Below are positions 38,812-48,218 of a stretch of 64,000 bases of DNA, piece after piece. Numbering within the stretch: position 1 is the first letter of the stretch; each line of letters opens with the position of its first letter. The DNA comes from Patescibacteria group bacterium (GTDB taxonomy: Bacteria; Patescibacteriota; JABMPQ01), in NCBI GenBank assembly GCA_018818965.1, contig JAHJQX010000010.1, positions 4,579-68,578 on the forward strand. The letters run 5' to 3'. The position numbers and the translations under genes were made by a program. A model generated the notes under the pieces. The model saw only the letters and a list, made by a program, of their open reading frames with translations, searched no databases and had not been told where the DNA came from.

Positions 38812-40068
38812 TTATTCCACCCGCCTAATATCCGCTCCTAATTTCTTTAGCCTGCTCTCAATATCCTCATAGCCCCGGTCGATTTGGAAAGCATTGCCAA
38901 TTTCACTTTTCCCTTCAGCTATCAAAGCAGCTAAAACCAGAGCAATCCCCGCTCTTAAATCTGGGCTGATCAAGGTAGTGCCGTATAATTTAGTTGGGCC
39001 ATTTACTACCACCCGATGAGGATCACACATGGTAATATTGGCTCCCATTTTGTTTAAGCTATCAGTGTAGAAAAGACGGCCTTCGTATATAGTCTCGTGG
39101 ATTAAACTTGCGCCCTTAGCTTGCGTCATTAATACCGTGAAGGGAGCTTGAAGATCGGTAGCAAAGCCCGGATATTCGTGCGTCCTGGCCTCACAGGCCT
39201 TCAATCTACTAGCTGCTTTAACTTTCACCGTCTGTTTGCCTATCTTGCATTCTACCCCTGCCTTAGCCAGCATTTTCCAAAACACTTCCAGGTGGCTCGG
39301 ATCACAATTAGTTATTTGAACTTCCTTCCCAGTCAATGCCCCTAAAATAGCAAAGGTGCCAGTTTCAATCCGATCCGGGATTATTTTGTAACGGCTGCCT
39401 GTTAACCCCTTAATCCCCTTAATTTTGATCTCTCCTGCTTCTGAACAATTTATTTGTGCACCGCTCTGCTGTAAAAATTGGCAAAGAGCAACTACTTCAG
39501 GTTCGCGAGCGGCATTGATTAACTTAGTTTCACCGCGGGCCAATACTGAGGCCATAATCATACTTTCCGTAACAGTATGAGAAATCCAGGGGAAAACATA
39601 CCGGCAACCCGTTAATTGCTGAGCCTTGATATGATAAAAATTTTCCTTTCCGCTGACCTCTGCCCCAAGAGCTCGATATCCTTCTAAAAACATATCGATT
39701 GGCCTTTTTCCGAGAATGCAACCACCAGGATGGGGAAATTTAACTTCACCAAAACGGGCTAATAAAGGAGCGACAAACATGATCGAGGACCTGATTTTAG
39801 CCGCTAGATCAGCTGGAAGCTCACTTTTGTTAATACTCTTCCCCTGAATGATATACTCCCCCTTGCCTTCCTTGGTCACTTTGGCTCCTAAGTGCTCTAG
39901 AATATTAACCATCAAAAATACTTCTTCAATCTCTGGAACATTAGTAAAGCGACATTCTCCTGGTATTAAAACAGAAGCTGCTAATAATTTAAGCGCGCAG
40001 TTCTTGGCACCGGCAACAGCAATTTCTCCCTCTAATTCATTTTGTCCCTGGATAACAAATTTACTCAT
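38812..40068 (-). CDS. murA: UDP-GlcNAc 1-carboxyvinyltransferase
   Basis: GAKN, PGGCILGKRP, PGFATDLQ, DLRAG, IDRGYE. Confidence 0.97.
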   Translation of the reverse strand: MSKFVIQGQNELEGEIAVAGAKNCALKLLAASVLIPGECRFTNVPEIEEVFLMVNILEHLGAKVTKEGKGEYIIQGKSINKSELPADLAAKIRSSIMFVAPLLARFGEVKFPHPGGCILGKRPIDMFLEGYRALGAEVSGKENFYHIKAQQLTGCRYVFPWISHTVTESMIMASVLARGETKLINAAREPEVVALCQFLQQSGAQINCSEAGEIKIKGIKGLTGSRYKIIPDRIETGTFAILGALTGKEVQITNCDPSHLEVFWKMLAKAGVECKIGKQTVKVKAASRLKACEARTHEYPGFATDLQAPFTVLMTQAKGASLIHETIYEGRLFYTDSLNKMGANITMCDPHRVVVNGPTKLYGTTLISPDLRAGIALVLAALIAEGKSEIGNAFQIDRGYEDIESRLKKLGADIRRVE

Positions 40069-40130
40069 ATGTCAAATCAATTACTATCCATTATAGCTAA
40101 AAATAACTGTTTGGCAATTAAAAACTTGCT

Positions 40131-40159
40131 TTGACAGATTAGAGACAACCTGTTATTTT
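40131..40159 (+). promoter_or_regulatory. sigma70 promoter
   Basis: TTGACA-17-TATTTT with extended TG. Confidence 0.5.
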
Positions 40160-40188
40160 ATAGCCAAGAAAACAATCAATAAAATTAG

Positions 40189-41604
40189 ATGAAACGTTGG
40201 AAGCGAAAAATATTCTTTATCCTAGCCATTATAATTTTTTTATTGGTCTCGCCTTTAGCCATTCTTTATACCAGTGGCTATCGCTATGATTTTGCTGATA
40301 AATCCCTAAAGAAAATAGGGATGATTATTGTTAAATCGGTACCAGAAGAAGCTGATGTTCATTTAAATGATCAGTATATGACTAATAAAACTCCCTACAA
40401 AGAAACTAGTCTTTTCCCTGACACCTACAATATTAAAATTACCAAAGAAGGGTACACTACCTGGGAGAAAAATTTAACAGTAGAATCAAAACTAGTTACT
40501 TGGATTAGTAAAGCTAGGATATTTAAGCTTAAACCGCCTACTCGGATCCTAGTCGAACAACCCCAGATTGCCGATTATTCTCTGGCACCTGATTATAAAA
40601 AGATAGTCCTGACTGTACCACAAGAAGAAGGATCAGAATTATGGCTAGTGAACATTGATGATTTACATCAAGAAAAGTTGTTCCCCTTAGAATCCATTCC
40701 GGTCAATCAGCAGAAAGGCTCTCTGTCAAACATCCGTTGGTCACCGGATAGCCGTAAGGTTCTATTTAACCTCACTACCGGCGATAATACTCATCATTGG
40801 ATTGTTAACACAACAAAGTTGACTGAATCTATATTTTTGCCGAATACTAATCTTCAACAACTAATTTGGGATACCCAGGACGCTGATTTTATTTACTACC
40901 TTGACAATAATAATTTAACTAGTGTCAACTTGGCTCAGCTAAACAAAACTGTCGTCATCGCCCAAAATGTTGTAAGTTACGACCTTGCCTCACGTAGTAT
41001 TTTTTATCTTAAAAGAGAATTAGAGGGAAAAGGACTAGCAATATTCAATATTACTAAAAACCAAAACGAACGAGACTACGAACCATCGCCTATATCACAA
41101 TTGCCCGGTGATAATTATATTCTAAAAGTTTCGCCATCAGAAAAGCTAGCTTTGTTAGCTGACAATAAATCACTTTTCCTTTCTGACGGACAGGAATTTA
41201 AGAAATTAAAGGATCGCGTGGTTGACTTCGATTGGACGGAAAAAAATGACGGCTTAGTATTCTGCACCGAAAATGAAATTTGGTATTATAAAGTAGAGAA
41301 AGATGAAAAATTAAACAGTCATCCTCAGTACAACCTTAATCAGGTCAACCTTTTTACCCGCTACAGTACTAAAATCGATCTAGCGATTTGGCACCCCGAT
41401 GAGGAACATATCATTTTTGCCACCAACAACAAATTATACATCAAGGAATTAGATAGCCGCGATAAAGCTAACAGCGCTGAATTGGCAGTGGATTTCCCCA
41501 GTGATGATCAACAAAAAGTCTGGTTTGATAAGAAAGGGCAGAAGATCTATCACAAAAGCTCCCTGGATAAGCTGGATGCTTTAGTGGAAAAAGAGATATA
41601 CTAG
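40189..41604 (+). CDS. PEGA domain + beta-propeller membrane-anchored protein
   Basis: TM, GYRYD, SVPEEADVHLND, YNIKITKEGY, WSPD repeats. Confidence 0.85.
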   Translation: MKRWKRKIFFILAIIIFLLVSPLAILYTSGYRYDFADKSLKKIGMIIVKSVPEEADVHLNDQYMTNKTPYKETSLFPDTYNIKITKEGYTTWEKNLTVESKLVTWISKARIFKLKPPTRILVEQPQIADYSLAPDYKKIVLTVPQEEGSELWLVNIDDLHQEKLFPLESIPVNQQKGSLSNIRWSPDSRKVLFNLTTGDNTHHWIVNTTKLTESIFLPNTNLQQLIWDTQDADFIYYLDNNNLTSVNLAQLNKTVVIAQNVVSYDLASRSIFYLKRELEGKGLAIFNITKNQNERDYEPSPISQLPGDNYILKVSPSEKLALLADNKSLFLSDGQEFKKLKDRVVDFDWTEKNDGLVFCTENEIWYYKVEKDEKLNSHPQYNLNQVNLFTRYSTKIDLAIWHPDEEHIIFATNNKLYIKELDSRDKANSAELAVDFPSDDQQKVWFDKKGQKIYHKSSLDKLDALVEKEIY

Positions 41605-41633
41605 AGGACTGTTGCCAAACAATCCCTCCCAAT

Positions 41634-41675
41634 AAAAAAAGCGAGGACGGCCGCAAACTACCTAAGTCCTCTGCT
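41634..41675 (-). terminator. Terminator overlapping the end of the Zn-ribbon gene
   Basis: Minus strand GCAGAGGAC...GTCCTCGC followed by T7. Confidence 0.55.
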
Positions 41676-41862
41676 GTTCAATCCCTCTCCTTCTCAGCTC
41701 TCGGCCAGTGACATTGTGCACCCGGCCAACTTCTGTGCGGCAAGTACCGCACTTGTACACAATATCGTACCGACCTCCGTCCTCCTTTGGTACTATCTTG
41801 GTAGTCATTCCGGTCTTAGCAGTCTCCTGTTGACAACCAGGGCAGGTTTTTTTAATCGACAT
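41662..41862 (-). CDS. Small orphan zinc-ribbon protein
   Basis: CPGC...CGTC; ATG at 41862 preceded by GAGGTG. Confidence 0.65.
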   Translation of the reverse strand: MSIKKTCPGCQQETAKTGMTTKIVPKEDGGRYDIVYKCGTCRTEVGRVHNVTGRELRRRGIEQQRT

Positions 41863-41990
41863 TGTCACACCTCTCACCCTTTGATGCTCGGGGTAGTGAT
41901 ATGTAATGAAACAAAGAACATCAACCTATAAGATACTGCCCATAATAGCTCCGGTCATAATCGACCCAGAGCTGCATATAAATATAATGA

Positions 41991-42476
41991 TTAGCGCTTC
42001 TGCCACTGAGGAGCCCGTCGTGCTTTCTTGAGACCACACTTTTTCCGTTCCTTCATGCGAGGATCCCTCTTAAGAAATCCTGCCTGCTTGAGCGGTATTC
42101 TTAATCCTTGGTCATTTTTTTCTAAAGCCCGAGCAATGCCATGACGGACTGCTTCCGCTTGACCTTTTACTCCGCCTCCTTTTACCTTCACCGTAATATC
42201 AAAACCATCAGTCTCGCCTGTCAGCACTAGAGCCTGGCGGACAAAGTGTTGTAACTCGGCAGTGGGGAAATATTCTTTATAATTTTTGCCATTGACTGTA
42301 ATACTACCCTTCCCTTTTTGATAGAGACGCACGCGGGCAACTGCTTCTTTACGCCGACCAGTCGCATAAACATAGCGTCCTGGTTTTTGAGCCGGAGTTG
42401 TTTTATTTTTAGAACTCTCGGCCTGACTATTGGCACTTTTCTTGACAGTATTTTTGACTTTTGCAACAACACTCAT
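41991..42476 (-). CDS. rpsI: 30S ribosomal protein S9
   Basis: [30 protein letters not shown]. Confidence 0.97.
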   Translation of the reverse strand: MSVVAKVKNTVKKSANSQAESSKNKTTPAQKPGRYVYATGRRKEAVARVRLYQKGKGSITVNGKNYKEYFPTAELQHFVRQALVLTGETDGFDITVKVKGGGVKGQAEAVRHGIARALEKNDQGLRIPLKQAGFLKRDPRMKERKKCGLKKARRAPQWQKR

Positions 42477-42491
42477 AAATAAAATATTTTA

Positions 42492-42920
42492 CTATTTTTT
42501 AAATTGATCTTGGTAGGGATGTTCCTCGCTACCATATATCTTCAAGCGGACTAGACGCTCTCGCCGTAATCTATTCTTGGGTAACATCCCCCGCACTGCT
42601 TCTCTCACCACCCAAGTTGATCCTCGTTGCGCTAATTTTCCGGCCAAGTCCTTAGAACGCAATCCACCGGGATAACCAGAATAATGGTGATAAATTTTAC
42701 CTTTAAGCTTGCCGGCGGGAATATTAAGCTTGTCAGTATTAACCACTACTACATAACCTCCTTTGTCCTCATGCGGCAGATAGTCAGATCGGTTTTTCCC
42801 CGTCAAAAAAGTAGCAATTTGCGTAGCTATTCTCCCTAGAGAGGCCTCCTTGGCATCAACCAGATACCAAGCTCTAGGATTTATCTTTTCCTTATCTTTC
42901 TTGTTAGTTGTTTTAGTCAT
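42492..42920 (-). CDS. rplM: 50S ribosomal protein L13
   Basis: WYLVDA, LGRIAT, SGYPGGL, AVRGMLPKN. Confidence 0.97.
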   Translation of the reverse strand: MTKTTNKKDKEKINPRAWYLVDAKEASLGRIATQIATFLTGKNRSDYLPHEDKGGYVVVVNTDKLNIPAGKLKGKIYHHYSGYPGGLRSKDLAGKLAQRGSTWVVREAVRGMLPKNRLRRERLVRLKIYGSEEHPYQDQFKK

Positions 42921-42938
42921 AAAGTGTAAAACAGATTT

Positions 42939-43292
42939 TTACAATAATTCGATTTGCACCATGGTTGCTCCATCACCCTGACGACGATCCAGCTTGAGTA
43001 TTCTAGTATAGCCACCTGGCTTATTTTTGTACTTCTTGCTAAGCTCGGTCTTTAATTTCTTCTCGGCCGTCTTATTATTCAATAAGCTCTGAAGGCGTCG
43101 TTTAGTACTTAAATCACTCTGTCTGCTTAGAGTGATTAGTTTCTCAATAATGGGTTGGAGTAATCTAGCTTTCTTGGTGGTTGTCTTCAGCTTTTCATTT
43201 AAAATCAAAGAAGCGGTCAGATTACGATATAAAAGCTTATTTTGACTATTAGCCTTTGCCCCAATTTTTCGCTTGTTTTTCCGGTGACGCAT
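42939..43292 (-). CDS. rplQ: 50S ribosomal protein L17
   Basis: MRHRK, GGYTRILK, RQGDGA. Confidence 0.97.
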   Translation of the reverse strand: MRHRKNKRKIGAKANSQNKLLYRNLTASLILNEKLKTTTKKARLLQPIIEKLITLSRQSDLSTKRRLQSLLNNKTAEKKLKTELSKKYKNKPGGYTRILKLDRRQGDGATMVQIELL

Positions 43293-43295
43293 TTT

Positions 43296-44255
43296 TTACT
43301 CTGGTAAAGTTAAATCAATTTTCTTTAAAGCGCGCTTGATCTCATCGAGAGCGGTCTGACCCAAGCCTTCAAGAGCCAGTAGATCTTTTTCTGCCCTTTT
43401 AGCTAAATCATCAATTGTTCTAATCTTGGCTTTACTGAGAGCATTAAACGTTCGAGTGGAAAAATTCAACTCTTGGATAGGAGTACCTGCGCCTTCAGTC
43501 TGCTCTTCTTTGGCTTGTTGCTCGACCAAGGCTTGCTCTTCTTCTTCTGCTGCTGCCTTCTTGATAGCTTCTTCTGGATTAGCTAAAAAATTGAACTGAT
43601 TAACTAATACCTTGGCAGCTTCGTTGAAAGCATCCAGAGGAGTGATAGTCCCATCAGTTTTAATGTTGATGACTAATTTATCATAATCAGTCCTTTTTCC
43701 CAAACGAATATTCTCTACCTCATAGCCAACCTTCAATACGGGCGTAAAAATAGAATCTACTAGGATTGTTCCTACCTCTAAATCTTTAGCGCTCTTTTGC
43801 TCAGTAGGGATATAGCCACGACCTTTTTCGACGGTAATTTCCATATCCAGCTCGGCATCTTTATGCGTCCCGGTGGCGATCACCAAATCCGGATTAGCAA
43901 TCTTGACATCAGCTGACACTTCAATGTCAGCTGCTTTAACTTCTTTGGCTCCCTGGCTGATGAGTTTTAATTTAACTGGCTCTTCAGTAAACATCGCTAG
44001 GCGTAAAGATTTTAGATTCATAATAATCTCTACTGTATCTTCCTTAACATTCTCAATTGTAGAAAATTCATGGTCTACCCCTTTAATCTTTACTGCTGAT
44101 ACGGCCGCTCCAGGCAACGAGGACAAGAGTACGCGTCTCATAGTGTTACCTAAGGTAGTACCATAGCCAGGATAACAAGGTTCGACGATCACCGCTGCCT
44201 CATTTTCACCCTTCTCTTCTAATTTTATTTTACTAGGTAGAGTAATTTCTTCCAT
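43296..44255 (-). CDS. rpoA: RNA polymerase alpha subunit
   Basis: GYGTTLGNTMRRVLLSS, HEFSTI, alpha-CTD. Confidence 0.98.
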   Translation of the reverse strand: MEEITLPSKIKLEEKGENEAAVIVEPCYPGYGTTLGNTMRRVLLSSLPGAAVSAVKIKGVDHEFSTIENVKEDTVEIIMNLKSLRLAMFTEEPVKLKLISQGAKEVKAADIEVSADVKIANPDLVIATGTHKDAELDMEITVEKGRGYIPTEQKSAKDLEVGTILVDSIFTPVLKVGYEVENIRLGKRTDYDKLVINIKTDGTITPLDAFNEAAKVLVNQFNFLANPEEAIKKAAAEEEEQALVEQQAKEEQTEGAGTPIQELNFSTRTFNALSKAKIRTIDDLAKRAEKDLLALEGLGQTALDEIKRALKKIDLTLPE

Positions 44256-44292
44256 GATGTTTTTCCTTTATTAAATATGGGGAACTAATAAC

Positions 44293-44925
44293 TTAACGTG
44301 AATAAAATTCAACAATAAGACTAGTATTTATTTTATGACCAACGTCATCTAGGGTAGGTTCACGAACTATTTTACCAGTGGCATTTTTGGTATTCACCTC
44401 AAGCCATGACGGCACCTCTTCTTTTCTAATCTCCTTGATTATATTAGCAAAACCTTTCTTTTGCCGAGTAGCTTTGGTCACCTCAATGACATCTCCCACT
44501 TTAACTGAATAGGAGGGGATTGTCACTCTCTGGTCATTAACACGTACGTGACCATGCGATACCATCTGCCTAGCCTGAGAACGTGATTTTGTTAAAGATA
44601 AACGGAAAACAACATTATCTAATCTTTTTTCTAGCAACTGGATTATAGTTTTACCAGTAGCGCTTTGTTTCTTATTTGCTTCCAGATAATAATTACGTAA
44701 TTGTTTCTCCAAAACATTATAGAACTTTTGGGCTTTTCGCTTTTCCCGTAACTGCACGCCATATTCTGATATCTTCCTTCTTGACTGATTCTGTCCAGTC
44801 TGGCCAGGAGGATAGTTTCTTTTTACTGCTGCACATTTCTGGGTAAAACAACGCTCCCCTTTCAAAAAAAGTTTTTCCCCCTCCCGACGACACTGCTTAC
44901 ATTTTGGATCTAAATTCCTGGCCAT
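44293..44925 (-). CDS. rpsD: 30S ribosomal protein S4
   Basis: CKQCRREG, RLDNVVFR, LIVEFYSR. Confidence 0.98.
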   Translation of the reverse strand: MARNLDPKCKQCRREGEKLFLKGERCFTQKCAAVKRNYPPGQTGQNQSRRKISEYGVQLREKRKAQKFYNVLEKQLRNYYLEANKKQSATGKTIIQLLEKRLDNVVFRLSLTKSRSQARQMVSHGHVRVNDQRVTIPSYSVKVGDVIEVTKATRQKKGFANIIKEIRKEEVPSWLEVNTKNATGKIVREPTLDDVGHKINTSLIVEFYSR

Positions 44926-44961
44926 ATTTAACTAGTTGGCTAAATAGTAGTAAATAATTAC

Positions 44962-45432
44962 CTAGACACGACGCACTTTCTTGAGCCGGCAACCATTATG
45001 GGGTACCGGGGTGACATCCTTGATAGAATTCACCGTCAGGCCGTAATTGTGTAAAGCTCTCACAGCTGATTCCCGTCCTCCACCAATACCTCTGACCGAG
45101 ACATCGACATCACTCAAACCAGTATCTTTGACTTTATCGATTAATTGCTTAACCACTTGGGTAGCAGCGTAGGGCGTAGACTTCTTCGCACCCCTAAAAC
45201 CTAAAGATCCTGCACTCTGCCAAGCTAGAGCATTACCCTGTAAATCGGTAACAGTAACAACCGTATTATTATAGGTTGATTTAATATAAACCTTGCCTCG
45301 AGTCAGTTTTCTCATCTTACTTTGACGAGCCGGTCGCTTTTTCGCCTTGACCTTGGAAACTGACTTGCTTGCAGCGTCTTTCGTTTCTGCTTTGGATTTA
45401 GTTGAAGATTCTTGCACTTTTTCTTCTGCCAT
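44962..45432 (-). CDS. rpsK: 30S ribosomal protein S11
   Basis: STYNNT, KKSTPYAA, DVTPVPHNGC; likely ATG at 45432. Confidence 0.97.
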   Translation of the reverse strand: MAEEKVQESSTKSKAETKDAASKSVSKVKAKKRPARQSKMRKLTRGKVYIKSTYNNTVVTVTDLQGNALAWQSAGSLGFRGAKKSTPYAATQVVKQLIDKVKDTGLSDVDVSVRGIGGGRESAVRALHNYGLTVNSIKDVTPVPHNGCRLKKVRRV

Positions 45433-45453
45433 ATAAATTAGCAACAATTAAGA

Positions 45454-45843
45454 TTAAGTTTTCTGGGCTGACGTTTTACGTCCACTGCCGGCAGTTTTAC
45501 GCGTATTACCACGCACCGTACGAGAATTAGTCTTAGTTCTTTGCCCCCGCGCTGGTAGATTTTTAACATGTCTTCCGCCTCGATAACAATTTATTTCTTT
45601 GAGTCGTTTGATATTCATCAGCACAATCCGCCGTAGTTCACCTTCTACCTTGTGGTTACTTTCAATTGACTGACGCAGATCATTTATCTCCCCTTCGGAC
45701 AGTTCTTTTATTCTCTTACTGGGATCAATACCTGCTTTAGTGACAATTCCTCTGCTCAAAGAACGACCGATACCATAAATATAAGTTAGGGCTATTTCAA
45801 CTCGCTTGTCGACGGGGATGTTAACCCCAGCTATTCTGGCCAT
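45454..45843 (-). CDS. rpsM: 30S ribosomal protein S13
   Basis: [23 protein letters not shown]. Confidence 0.98.
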   Translation of the reverse strand: MARIAGVNIPVDKRVEIALTYIYGIGRSLSRGIVTKAGIDPSKRIKELSEGEINDLRQSIESNHKVEGELRRIVLMNIKRLKEINCYRGGRHVKNLPARGQRTKTNSRTVRGNTRKTAGSGRKTSAQKT

Positions 45844-45870
45844 TACTAGTGTGAATTTATTAAGTAAGAT

Positions 45871-45984
45871 TTATCCTTGTCTTTGTTTGTGCCTCGGATT
45901 ACTGCAAATAATAAAAACCTTCCCCTTGCGGCGAACTACGCTACACTTTTCACAAATTTTCTTAACTGAAGTTTGGACTTTCAT
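45871..45984 (-). CDS. rpmJ: 50S ribosomal protein L36 (absent from ORF track)
   Basis: Translates to [37 protein letters not shown]. Confidence 0.97.
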   Translation of the reverse strand: MKVQTSVKKICEKCSVVRRKGKVFIICSNPRHKQRQG

Positions 45985-45985
45985 T

Positions 45986-46279
45986 CTAACATCTCTTAGT
46001 TATTCTTCCCTTGGTCAAATCGTAAGGAGTCATTTCCATGATTACTCTGTCTCCTGGCAAAACTTTTATTAAATACATACGCATTTTCCCTGAAACATGA
46101 CCTAAGATTTCTTGTCCATTATCAAGTTTGATCTTGAATTTGGCATCAGGCAATGTCTCTAGCACAATTCCTTCCACTTCAATAACATTGGCTTTCTTTT
46201 TTTTGGTAGCCTCGCTGGCAATTGTCGATGTCTGATCTTGCTTTTTACTTTTATCCCAACTGGAAACATGTTTTGCCAT
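45986..46279 (-). CDS. infA: Translation initiation factor IF-1 (N-terminal extension)
   Basis: [21 protein letters not shown]. Confidence 0.95.
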   Translation of the reverse strand: MAKHVSSWDKSKKQDQTSTIASEATKKKKANVIEVEGIVLETLPDAKFKIKLDNGQEILGHVSGKMRMYLIKVLPGDRVIMEMTPYDLTKGRITKRC

Positions 46280-46342
46280 AAAAAAAGGTAAAGGAAATTA
46301 TAAACCCTTTAGATAGTCCTAAATCGAGTTTAATTAATTAAT

Positions 46343-48211
46343 CTATATAGTATCAGCAATCCTCTCCTTGTCAAGCATAATTTCAATTTTTTTCTCGGTG
46401 CGCGGGATCTTTTTGACCCAGAATGGCCAAAGAGAAATTTCCACGCTAACTATGTTCGGATTGCCCAGAATATGATCACGTGCTTCCTGTTCAGTTTGAC
46501 CCCTAATATCCCTTTTCATCTTCTGCTCATCAAGACGCCAGGCTACTTCTTTACTAATCGACACCTTGATAGTAACTGCTTCTTGGCCATTAAAACCTTG
46601 TTCTACTTTCTCAAAAGCTATACCCTGTTCAATATCATCATTAATAATATATTTCTCGGTGGGAACCAATCGGTCAAATTTACTAGCTAACAACTGTGAA
46701 AAATCGTTTCGGGAAAAAGTTAAGCCGGTAGCCCGGACGCTAACTTTCATGTCAAACTCATCAGCTTCGGTATCGGCCTCAGCGCTGGCTTCAACCTCGG
46801 CGATTTCTTGCTCAAACATCCCGGACGGCAATATTTTATCACCACTTAGATCGTTGGTTAATTTTTTAGTTGCTTCGGCGGCAGCGGTAGTTACTAGTGA
46901 CTGTTTAGCCTCACTCAAATTTTCGGCTGATACTACTTTTACTTTGCGTGAAGAGCCGCCAGTAAACTGAGTTGTACTTTTGCCATAAATGTCACTTTGC
47001 TTACTCTGAGGTAGACTAGCAATAACAAAATTGGCTGGTCCAATATTGTAATCTTCCCCCGCTGTCCCCGCCTCCACTCGCACTTTTACTTGTCCTGGAA
47101 TGGCTTCACCCTCTTCTATGTGTGCTCCCGGTATTACTACTTCTTGCAAAGTAATATAAACCAAGCCATTAGTGATTAGTTGAGACGAGGTTGGTAAAAG
47201 TTGTGCCTCGGAAGAAAAACTATTATGCAAAACTACCTGCCCCCGAGCTTTATCACCAACTTCTTTTTCGCCAGTGGCCTCAAATTTCTTTTTGTCACTT
47301 TTACTTTCAGTTGTTACTAGTTCTCCCGGAATGGTTGCCTTTTCGGTATCAACGTCAGTAATATTTTGACTAATCACCATTTCAAAAGAAGTGGAAAATG
47401 GCTCTGTTTTAGGAACCAAGGATATTTCCGCTTTCGGTAAAACCAAAAAAAACACTAGCCCTAAAACTACCAAACTAATGGTAAAGAAAAGCGAGAAAGA
47501 TTTTATACTCAGGGAAGGCAGAAGAAATACTCGCCCTTTAACTGACTTTTTTGTTTTTCGACGGGAAGAAAGCGGACGCAAGTTAGACTGCTTAGCTTCA
47601 ACGGTAGTAGCTGGATTCGACGAAGGAGCTGCTGGCGGATGTTTGGGTTTGCTCTTTTTCCTGGCTGTAAATATCTTAGTCAAAACAGATAACTCGCTTT
47701 TACTTCTCTCTTTGGGAGAACGGGGCGTGTATTTTTTAGCTTTGCGTTGAAAAAGACGAGAATTATCTAGCCGAATTTCCTGGAACATATTGCTCTCCGA
47801 CTGGTCATCATCTGGTTCATTACCATCTCTAGATTGATAATCTGGGATTGAGTCTATCGGCTCTGCTTCCCCTATTTCTCCAACTTCGTCAGCTGATTCC
47901 GTTTCAGCTTCTGGCTCACTTAGATTTTCAATTTCCCCTGTCTCCCTAGCCAATTTTCCCGACAGCCTGGCTTGAGTAGTCAGACCCGCTTTTTTGGCCA
48001 GGCTCCTTCCGCCCACGTCAGTTGTTACCAAAATAACTTTCTTACCTAAAATATCAGCTTGCCGCCGCAGTAGTTTTAAATTGACAATGCTTTGCACAAT
48101 AGAAGCGCGACGCGGCACTAAAACATAAACAGTGCTACTGCTAGCACTGGCAATTTTATCAACCGCCGAAGTTATTTCTTCGTCTGTTTCTAAATAAACC
48201 TTGTCGCTCAT
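46343..48211 (-). CDS. Membrane-anchored protein with baseplate J/gp47-like ectodomain
   Basis: N-terminal alpha/beta domain, long linker, TM, then ATG..KARGQVVLHN..VEAGTAGEDYNIG..FTGG. Confidence 0.75.
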   Translation of the reverse strand: MSDKVYLETDEEITSAVDKIASASSSTVYVLVPRRASIVQSIVNLKLLRRQADILGKKVILVTTDVGGRSLAKKAGLTTQARLSGKLARETGEIENLSEPEAETESADEVGEIGEAEPIDSIPDYQSRDGNEPDDDQSESNMFQEIRLDNSRLFQRKAKKYTPRSPKERSKSELSVLTKIFTARKKSKPKHPPAAPSSNPATTVEAKQSNLRPLSSRRKTKKSVKGRVFLLPSLSIKSFSLFFTISLVVLGLVFFLVLPKAEISLVPKTEPFSTSFEMVISQNITDVDTEKATIPGELVTTESKSDKKKFEATGEKEVGDKARGQVVLHNSFSSEAQLLPTSSQLITNGLVYITLQEVVIPGAHIEEGEAIPGQVKVRVEAGTAGEDYNIGPANFVIASLPQSKQSDIYGKSTTQFTGGSSRKVKVVSAENLSEAKQSLVTTAAAEATKKLTNDLSGDKILPSGMFEQEIAEVEASAEADTEADEFDMKVSVRATGLTFSRNDFSQLLASKFDRLVPTEKYIINDDIEQGIAFEKVEQGFNGQEAVTIKVSISKEVAWRLDEQKMKRDIRGQTEQEARDHILGNPNIVSVEISLWPFWVKKIPRTEKKIEIMLDKERIADTI

Positions 48212-48218
48212 ATTTGTT

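Noticed and set aside
46343-48211. Prophage or contractile injection system
   Set aside because: No other structural phage genes, integrase or lysis genes; the protein has a TM anchor and core-gene neighbours.
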